Assembly: GCA_041664245.1 (NCBI GenBank)
Contig: JBAYLC010000003.1
Coordinates: forward strand, 394 to 64,393
Direction of reading: 5' to 3'
DNA: 64,000 bases
Source of the DNA: Minisyncoccota bacterium
GTDB taxonomy: Bacteria > Patescibacteriota > Minisyncoccia > UBA6257 > 2-01-FULL-56-20
Shown: piece after piece, positions 46,028 through 52,870 of the stretch
Layout: each line of letters opens with the position of its first letter
How positions within the stretch are numbered: position 1 is the first letter of the stretch
The notes under the pieces: generated by a model
Databases searched by the model: none
Told to the model about the DNA's origin: nothing
Seen by the model: only the letters and a program-made list of their open reading frames with translations
Program-made: the position numbers and the translations under genes

Positions 46028-47971
46028 ATGGCATCAAAAGAATTAATCGATTATATAAAACAAACTTTAAGTCAGGGTTTTCCTGAAGAGCAAATCCGAA
46101 AAGAACTCCTAGGCGCAGGCTGGTTACTGGGTGACATAAACGAAGCGTTCGGCTCCGTGAAAAGTCCGACTCAAACGCAACCGCCGTCTCAAATCCGCTC
46201 GCCGCAAACTTCGGTCTATCCCTCTAATCAACCGATCCAAGTAAATAAATCCCAACCCACCGCCTCTCCAATCTCCGACACCAAGCGCGACCCCCTTTCC
46301 AGTCCATTCTTATCAACCCCCTCCACCAACCAACCCGTCAATCAATTTTCTAATACCGCCTTCAACACTCCAAAAAAATCAAAACTTGGTTTAATAATTG
46401 CCATCATCGCTGTCGTTCTAATTCTCGGCGGCGGTGTCGCTTACGCTTACACTCAAAAACTCTGGTTCTTCGCCCCCTCCGTTTCCGACGAACAATTAGT
46501 CGGCAAACTTTTTGAAAATATCAAAGGAATATCCTCGGCCTCATATAATCTTTCTCTCTTGCTTGAGACCGCCACTCGAGACCCGAACATCCAACCCGTC
46601 TCCTCTACTCCAGAAATCGATTCAAGTTTGTCTAATCTCGGCACCGATTCAAAATTCAGTTTCAAAATTTCCGGTGATTCCCAAAAACAAACCTCCACTG
46701 AAAATCATTTTAAAATCAACGCCGACGTAAAAATCACCGACGGCCTTAGCTTCGCCGGCGAAGCAGAATTTTTAAACAAAAACTCTTCAACCTATTTAAA
46801 GCTAAACCAACTCCCCCCGCTTCCAATCCCCGGTTTTGATTTAGGAAAAATAACCAACAAGTGGATTAAAATTGATAATGAGAGCTTTGCTGATCTCGCC
46901 GGATTTCCGCCGACCGCAATCCTCCCGGCAGCCAATCTTGATTCCAATGCCAATTCAGGCAATCAAGTTTCCGAATCCCTTAAGTCATTTTTTGACCTAA
47001 CCCAAAAGCAATCCCTACTCGTCTTCGGTAAATCTGTAAAAGAAAAAAATGGTGATGCCGATACCTACCACTACAAACTAACTATCGATAAAACAAAAAT
47101 CATTCCTTTCTACCAAGAACTAGGAAAAGAGATAAATGCTAAATTTGGAGATAGTTCACCGTTTAAAATAGACGAACAATTTTTAGCCGCCTTTCAGGGC
47201 CCCGACTTTGATAAAAGTTTTGATTACTTAAGCAAGAATAGCTCTTTTGATCTCTGGGTTGATCCCATAACCGCCCTTCCTCAAAAGCTCTCTTTTGTTT
47301 TTAAAATCGCCCCTGACTCATCTGTAACAGATCTAAAAGACAAACAAGTCGTCATCAGCGCCAATCTGGAACTTTCGAACATCAATCAACCCGTTACTAT
47401 AACCGAACCAACCGAATTCTTATCGAGCGACGATCTCGCCTTAGCCCTAAGCGGCTTAACTAAGGAGCAATATCAGATTGAAAAACAAACTAACAACATC
47501 GAAGAACTTCGCGCAACTCTCGCTAGATTCAGAAAACTTGCCGGCATTTATCCCGACTCACTCGATAAATTAACAATAACCGGCGACGACATTTTAATAT
47601 TAAACCCAAAATCCACCCTCCTGAAGCCAAATAAAGCTAGCAGCACCGACTATTGCGACTATTTTATCGGAACCGGAGGAACATACTATGACGAATTCAT
47701 GCCTTCTTCATACTCTCCATCCCCAACTTGTGGAAATCTAAAATTCACCAAATCGGTCCCTCAAGACGCCTACACCAAAACTCCCTATACCTACACCAAA
47801 GTCGGTGATGATTACAAACTTACTTACACCATAACCTTCCCTGCCGTTTCAACTTCCACCGCCACTTCCACCGATAATACCGCAGAGTTTAATCTTCGTC
47901 TTAAGAAATACAAAAACGGCACCAACACCGCCACTAAACTCTGGCTCTCCCAAGAAGCGAAAAGTAAATAG
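46028..47971 (+). CDS. hypothetical membrane-anchored extracellular protein (647 aa)
   Basis: It has an N-terminal cytoplasmic helix, a Pro/Gln/Ser-rich linker, one TM and a large extracytoplasmic domain. It is followed by a terminator. Confidence 0.6.
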   Translation: MASKELIDYIKQTLSQGFPEEQIRKELLGAGWLLGDINEAFGSVKSPTQTQPPSQIRSPQTSVYPSNQPIQVNKSQPTASPISDTKRDPLSSPFLSTPSTNQPVNQFSNTAFNTPKKSKLGLIIAIIAVVLILGGGVAYAYTQKLWFFAPSVSDEQLVGKLFENIKGISSASYNLSLLLETATRDPNIQPVSSTPEIDSSLSNLGTDSKFSFKISGDSQKQTSTENHFKINADVKITDGLSFAGEAEFLNKNSSTYLKLNQLPPLPIPGFDLGKITNKWIKIDNESFADLAGFPPTAILPAANLDSNANSGNQVSESLKSFFDLTQKQSLLVFGKSVKEKNGDADTYHYKLTIDKTKIIPFYQELGKEINAKFGDSSPFKIDEQFLAAFQGPDFDKSFDYLSKNSSFDLWVDPITALPQKLSFVFKIAPDSSVTDLKDKQVVISANLELSNINQPVTITEPTEFLSSDDLALALSGLTKEQYQIEKQTNNIEELRATLARFRKLAGIYPDSLDKLTITGDDILILNPKSTLLKPNKASSTDYCDYFIGTGGTYYDEFMPSSYSPSPTCGNLKFTKSVPQDAYTKTPYTYTKVGDDYKLTYTITFPAVSTSTATSTDNTAEFNLRLKKYKNGTNTATKLWLSQEAKSK

Positions 47972-47994
47972 AATTATTACTAAAAAGTAGGATC

Positions 47995-48025
47995 AAAAAA
48001 TCCGCTAACAAAAGCGGATTTTTAA
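47995..48025 (+). terminator. intrinsic terminator (aaaatccgc-loop-gcggatttt)
   Basis: The hairpin and T-run were read directly from the sequence. Confidence 0.7.
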
Positions 48026-48174
48026 TTCGTGAAATGGGTCGAGACGTTTGGGAAACTACGCTAAGAGAAATTTATATTGCTTTAACTAGTAAGTAAAAAA
48101 ATAAAAAAAGCCCACCAATTAGGGTGAGCCACCAACTACGTGAGTTGGATTTTAGGATGATTGACTGAAGCGAG

Positions 48175-48735
48175 CTAGTCGACCGGAAATTTGAACGGCG
48201 AGCACATCAATCTGGGTTCCATATAGATCGGCGCCACATTTCCGCTATTTGGATCCTTCAAGAGGACCCAAGTGGCTTCGGACGAGGATGGCTTATAGAG
48301 TCCGTTCGGATCGGCCAGCGGGAGGCGTTCGGCTCCGTAGTAATGTTGGCTTCCCGTCTTCTTGAGATTGTAGGTTTGTATTGCTTCTGGTGCGGTAAAC
48401 TGGGCAGAATAGGGAATCGGGAAGCCAATAGTTTCTCCAAGAAAAGTGAACTTCCCGCCGAGCGCTGTACGTCCACGCACAACAGTCGGAACCAGATTTT
48501 CGAGGTAGGCGTACGTGACGATTTCCTGATCACAAAGCTCTTGAATCATCCGCATGGTTTTAGCCTCGCGGAAATTCGTGATGGCCGGCATACCAACCTG
48601 ATTAGTGCCTTCTTTCAGCGAAACCTCTTGTTGGTCACGCTTTATGTCCTCAGCTGTTCGCTCGGGTGCGCATGCCGAAAGAGAAATCGCTACCAAAATG
48701 GCCAGAGCTGCAAAAATGATGTGAATCCTTTTCAC
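48175..48735 (-). CDS. lipoprotein (lipobox LSAC), GC-rich gene
   Basis: It has a signal peptide plus a lipobox. Local GC is about 52-55% against about 42% elsewhere. Confidence 0.6.
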   Translation of the reverse strand: MKRIHIIFAALAILVAISLSACAPERTAEDIKRDQQEVSLKEGTNQVGMPAITNFREAKTMRMIQELCDQEIVTYAYLENLVPTVVRGRTALGGKFTFLGETIGFPIPYSAQFTAPEAIQTYNLKKTGSQHYYGAERLPLADPNGLYKPSSSEATWVLLKDPNSGNVAPIYMEPRLMCSPFKFPVD

Positions 48736-48781
48736 TTGATTACTCTCCTGTTTGAAGTTGAAATTTGTCCTTGTTATTTGC

Positions 48782-49126
48782 TCAGATTTCAGATTTGAGC
48801 TTGTGAATGAAAGCTCGAAGATCGCTCGGGAGATATTTCTCGTCGATCTTGCCCGATTCGCGAATGATCACCGTCTTCAGAGCGTCCTTGTGTTCCTTCT
48901 CGGCCTTCTGATATTCCAGCATGTATTGCTGAAGATTTTGGACCATGCCGTCGACGTAGGCCTGTGAATTCTTGAACACTTCGTGTTGCACTTCCACCTG
49001 TCTCGGCGCGAAGAACTTGTACATAAAGAAGTCATTGCCTTGGCCGATCCAGGTAAGAACCAGAACCACAACCAGGACTCCAACCACTATGCCAACGATC
49101 TTCTTTGTGGTGATTTCGGATTCCAC
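48782..49126 (-). CDS. small membrane-anchored protein, GC-rich gene
   Basis: The 114 aa product has an N-terminal TM helix. Its composition matches the adjacent lipoprotein gene. Confidence 0.55.
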   Translation of the reverse strand: MESEITTKKIVGIVVGVLVVVLVLTWIGQGNDFFMYKFFAPRQVEVQHEVFKNSQAYVDGMVQNLQQYMLEYQKAEKEHKDALKTVIIRESGKIDEKYLPSDLRAFIHKLKSEI

Positions 49127-49349
49127 GTTTTTCTCCTTGTCTGCCGGTATTTCTCCGACAAGAAATGGGTTATTGCCTATATATTTAGTCAGTCAATCTA
49201 ATTATCAAATTATCAAGTTGCCCTAATAGTATAGCACGAATACTATCACTTTGTCAAGTGGCACTTTTGAGTTCATTTCCGTCCATCTATCACCCCTCTT
49301 CTGACAATAAAAGCCTTGGTTTACAAGGCTTTTATTTCAATTCCGTCGA

Positions 49350-49669
49350 TGTGGAGATGGGCGGAATCGAACCGCCGTGTAAAAGTAATATCAGTTAGCC
49401 ATCTACGAGCGTAGTTTCGCCGAAGCGAGACAAAGTTTGCTCTATTAGTTTAGTTCCGCTCCCCTAGAGCGAAAGAACAGAACGAGCCTCCTTATATAAG
49501 ACCGGACTTAGCCTAAGAGGCCCAGACCAGCCGATCCTCCGGCGTTATGCGTAAGCAAACGCTGGAGCTGCAACTTTTTGGTTGGCAGATATAAATTGTT
49601 TGCCAGATTAACGAGTTAGCGCTCGGCTCGCCGACTAATGACCTACTCCTATCGAAGCCATACATCCCC
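49350..49669 (-). ncRNA. ssrA: transfer-messenger RNA (tmRNA, ssrA)
   Basis: The 5' end is GGGGATGTATGGCTTCGATAGGAG and the 3' tRNA-like end is GGCGGTTCGATTCCGCCCATCTCCA. The acceptor pairs GGGGATG with CATCTCC. The internal tag reading frame ends ..AAPAFAYA-TAA. A terminator hairpin follows at 49302-49332. Confidence 0.85.
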
Positions 49670-49753
49670 ATATTCAATTTTCCCCTTTATTATACTAGAT
49701 ATCCCCAAAAAAGGCAAATTCACCTTTTTGCTCTCTGAGCGAGTACTTTTACT

Positions 49754-49860
49754 AGGAAGCTTTCGGAGGTATTGTGAGCTTGGTGTCCCGCTTTTACGGG
49801 ACTCACAATGCCGAGAAGCAGGCGCGTTTTGCCGCTGGAAGCAAAACGCCGCCGGTTCCT
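49754..49860. ncRNA. unclassified structured RNA motif, copy B (P1 AGGAA/TTCCT; P2 8 bp; P3 hairpin; conserved GCTTGGT and CCGAGAAGCAGGCGC; P4 hairpin with loop CGCTGGAA)
   Basis: It is a paralogue of 14464-14568 with covarying stems. It lies between the tmRNA promoter and a plus-strand terminator at 50031-50062. Confidence 0.55.
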
Positions 49861-50030
49861 AATAAAAAATACGAGCGAAAAGTTATCCACAGCCCCCCTT
49901 GACCGCTTCGCCTATTATTTTAAAATTAAGTTAGCTCATCGAAAACCTACTCCCGTTTGATATATAAGCGAGACTACTCGCACTCAGTATTGAAATCAAT
50001 TGCAGATTCTAATCTGCACCAACTATATAA

Positions 50031-50062
50031 CCCGTGTCCTAGACACGGGTTCATTTTTTATT
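50031..50062 (+). terminator. intrinsic terminator (cccgtgtc-ctag-gacacggg + T-run)
   Basis: The hairpin and T-run were read directly from the sequence. Confidence 0.7.
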
Positions 50063-50151
50063 TACAACCTTGACCATTTTTCATTTTTATTTTAAACTCA
50101 ACCGTCATTTACTAGCAACTTTGTATCACTTCACCACGAAAGGAGTAAATA

Positions 50152-50283
50152 ATGTCCATTCCTCCTCACGGAAAAAAGAGGAAAGATGAACGCAGGAAAA
50201 CAACAATCGGAATGGTGAATTGTAAACCCACGGGAGGCTTCGTTAAGCAAATATATACCGCCAGAAGAATGATAAGAGCCTAA
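50152..50283 (+). CDS. possible small basic protein/leader peptide (43 aa) upstream of infC
   Basis: A strong Shine-Dalgarno sequence, aaaggagtaaataATG, precedes it. It translates to MSIPPHGKKRKDERRKTTIGMVNCKPTGGFVKQIYTARRMIRA. A GC hairpin follows the stop. Confidence 0.35.
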   Translation: MSIPPHGKKRKDERRKTTIGMVNCKPTGGFVKQIYTARRMIRA

Positions 50284-50363
50284 CCCCCTCGGCCCGACCC
50301 TAACCGGTCGGGCCTCACTTTCTTCCCCAAAAACAAACAATAAGCTATAATCAAATCAATAAA

Positions 50364-50891
50364 TTGTATAAAAAATACGTCCCCCCTCGAGTCTTAGTAA
50401 GATTAAACGGCGAAATTAGAGCCCAGGAAGTTAGAGTTCTTGACGAAAAAAACGAGAGTTTGGGCGTTTTTAGCACCCAAGAAGCCCTTAAAATGGCTAC
50501 TGAACGAGGCGTAGACTTAATCGAAACGGTTCCGAACGCCACCCCGCCTATTACTAAGCTGATTACTTACGATAAATACCGCTATCAAAGGGAAAAGGAA
50601 GAGAAAAAAGAACGCCTTGCCCAAAAAACCGCTGGCCTCAAACAGGTTCAAATTAGCGCCCGAGCTGCTCAAAACGACCTCCTCGTGAAAGTCCGCCAAC
50701 TGGAAAAGTTCTTGAAAGAAGGCCATCAAGTAGAAATCAACATGCGCCTCCGCGGCCGAGAAAAAGGCAACAAAGAATGGGCTTCCCAGAAGCTCAATGA
50801 CTTCTTCAAGATGATCCCGATCGAGTTTAAGATAATGAGCCCGCCCAAATTTGGCGGACGAGGAATGTTCGTCCAAATTTCCTCGAAATAG
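50364..50891 (+). CDS. infC: translation initiation factor IF-3
   Basis: The sequence is RVLVRLNGEIRAQEVRVLDE.. with the C-terminal domain. The true start may be an upstream non-ATG codon. Confidence 0.85.
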   Translation: MYKKYVPPRVLVRLNGEIRAQEVRVLDEKNESLGVFSTQEALKMATERGVDLIETVPNATPPITKLITYDKYRYQREKEEKKERLAQKTAGLKQVQISARAAQNDLLVKVRQLEKFLKEGHQVEINMRLRGREKGNKEWASQKLNDFFKMIPIEFKIMSPPKFGGRGMFVQISSK

Positions 50892-50965
50892 GGTTGCAAT
50901 AAGTAAAGGGTAATGCTATAGTGAGCCGCGTTACCTGATAAGGCTTTTTGCCTTTTTATTTTCAA

Positions 50966-51148
50966 ATGGCTAAACACTCAACCACTAAAAGCGTTACAAA
51001 GCGCATTAAAATAACCAGGAATGGTAAAATTGTTCGCCGGCCAATGGGCGTCAATCATTTCAAAACCAAACGGACCGCCAATCAGCTTCGCAATAAACGT
51101 TCTTCGCGCTCGCTTGATTATCCAATAAAAAAAATCTTAAACTACTAA
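50966..51148 (+). CDS. rpmI: 50S ribosomal protein L35
   Basis: The sequence MAKHSTTKSVTKRIKITRNGKI is in the infC-rpmI-rplT order. Confidence 0.85.
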   Translation: MAKHSTTKSVTKRIKITRNGKIVRRPMGVNHFKTKRTANQLRNKRSSRSLDYPIKKILNY

Positions 51149-51151
51149 ACC

Positions 51152-51499
51152 ATGCCTAGAGTTAAACGCGGCACCACCGCTCATAAAAAAAGAGAAAAAG
51201 TTTTAAAGCAAACCAAAGGTTTCCGCTGGGGACGCAAATCAAAAGAACGCGCCGCCAAAGAAGCTCTATTACATGCCCTTTCCCGTTCATTCCGCGGCCG
51301 GAAAGAAAAGAAACGTACATCTCGTTCACTTTGGCAGGTTCGCATCAACGCCGCCGCCAGAGAAAATAACACAACATACAGCAAGTTAATCGCCGCTCTT
51401 AAAAAGGCAAATATAAAATTGGATCGAAAAATTCTCTCCGATCTCGCTCAAACCGAACCCGCCATTTTCAAAAAAATAGTAGAAAAAGCGATCACCTAG
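51152..51499 (+). CDS. rplT: 50S ribosomal protein L20
   Basis: The sequence is MPRVKRGTTAHKKREKVLKQTKGFRWGRK. Confidence 0.9.
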   Translation: MPRVKRGTTAHKKREKVLKQTKGFRWGRKSKERAAKEALLHALSRSFRGRKEKKRTSRSLWQVRINAAARENNTTYSKLIAALKKANIKLDRKILSDLAQTEPAIFKKIVEKAIT

Positions 51500-51753
51500 A
51501 TCGCTTTTTCTTTTTTTAACAACTCAATTTTTTTCCTCGTTCCGTCTTTAAATCCTCCGATTTTCCCGTCCGAGCGAATCACCCGATGGCAGGGAATTCC
51601 CCGCTCCATTCCGCCGTGGCGATTTAAAATATTACCGACCGCCCGGCACGCCCCAGGCTGTCCGGCGGACTTCGCCACTTGTTTGTACGTGCGGACTTCG
51701 CCTTTGGGTATTTTGCGGACCGCGGCGAGAACGCGATTGGTAAAGGATGTCAT
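51496..51753 (-). CDS. methylated-DNA--protein-cysteine methyltransferase, minimal DNA-binding/active-site domain (85 aa)
   Basis: It has the PCHRV active-site motif and an HTH region. Confidence 0.7.
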   Translation of the reverse strand: MTSFTNRVLAAVRKIPKGEVRTYKQVAKSAGQPGACRAVGNILNRHGGMERGIPCHRVIRSDGKIGGFKDGTRKKIELLKKEKAI

Positions 51754-52168
51754 ATGCGCTTTTTAAAACTTTTTGGCTGTCTTTAAATTTTCCCAAAATC
51801 TTTTTTGCATCGCTGAAAGAAAACCAGCCATAACCGTCGTGCTCATCAGAAATTTTAATTTCTCGGCGATTAGTTTCCGCCATATAGAAAATAACTGTTT
51901 TAAAAATTTGTTTTGTTCCTCGCCGAAAAGTGAACCTCTCCTGCGCCCGAAAATTTTTCAAAATCCTAAGATCTCTCTGGGTAAGCCCCGTCTCCTCCCT
52001 TGTCTCTCTAAGCGCCGCTTCAAAGCTCCTCTCTTCGTTTTCAATCTTTCCCTTCGCAAAATTCCAATAACTGTGTCCATGATAAAGAATCAAAAATTTA
52101 GGCCCCTCTTCGGTTTTTCTAAAAATAACTATTCCCGCTGAAATTTCTTTGTCCATTTTAGTGTCCAA
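51632..52168 (-). CDS. Nudix hydrolase
   Basis: It has the Nudix box GKIENEERSFEAALRETREETGL. Its 3' end overlaps the MGMT-like gene by 122 nt in another frame. Confidence 0.75.
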   Translation of the reverse strand: MDTKMDKEISAGIVIFRKTEEGPKFLILYHGHSYWNFAKGKIENEERSFEAALRETREETGLTQRDLRILKNFRAQERFTFRRGTKQIFKTVIFYMAETNRREIKISDEHDGYGWFSFSDAKKILGKFKDSQKVLKSAYDILYQSRSRRGPQNTQRRSPHVQTSGEVRRTAWGVPGGR

Positions 52169-52811
52169 TATTCATCGGAGCATGATCCTTTATGGTCGGA
52201 TCTTGTATGGTTTTTCGAGGTAAAACCAAATCTGGAACTATAAGTAAAACAAAAGCTGCTGCTGCCGTAAATAAGGAAGTAAAAATAAATAAGGTCGCAA
52301 AGCTATAGCCGGCAACCCAGGCTCCCAAAAAGCCGCTAATCCCTGCCATTAGCCCCAAGGCCACGGTATCGAGCGACCAATCAAAAGATATCCGATCCCT
52401 ATCGAGATGCCTCGAGAAAATAGCCGACCAAGCCGGAGCATAAAGGGAAAAAGCGATAGCTTGTAGTATTTGCACGGAATAAAGCTGCCAACTGGTATTA
52501 ACGAAAATGAAAAGCAAAGCGCTAATCGATGCCAAAAATAATCCCGCTATCAAGACCCTTAAATCATCCGCTTCGCCCATTTTTTTATCTAAATAATTAG
52601 CCACTGGCAACTGCAAAACCGACCGCACCGTCCAGTAGATTACCGTCCCCACACCAACGGTAAGCAGGGTTGCCCCCGCTATTTTTTCAATTATATAAAT
52701 AGAAAAAATCGGGCCAATTAAGCCCCAACCAGACATCAAAAGCAAATCAGCCAGTACAAAAAATTTCACTACCTTATTTACTTTAAAATCAATTTTTACA
52801 TTAATATGCAT
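52158..52811 (-). CDS. hypothetical integral membrane protein (6 TM, MFS-half-like)
   Basis: The 217 aa product is a hydrophobic polytopic protein. Confidence 0.5.
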   Translation of the reverse strand: MHINVKIDFKVNKVVKFFVLADLLLMSGWGLIGPIFSIYIIEKIAGATLLTVGVGTVIYWTVRSVLQLPVANYLDKKMGEADDLRVLIAGLFLASISALLFIFVNTSWQLYSVQILQAIAFSLYAPAWSAIFSRHLDRDRISFDWSLDTVALGLMAGISGFLGAWVAGYSFATLFIFTSLFTAAAAFVLLIVPDLVLPRKTIQDPTIKDHAPMNIGH

Positions 52812-52870
52812 TTTTTTCTTTTAGCTTATTCTAACCCCTCTCTCTAAACCGGGCAAATACAGCCTTTCTA

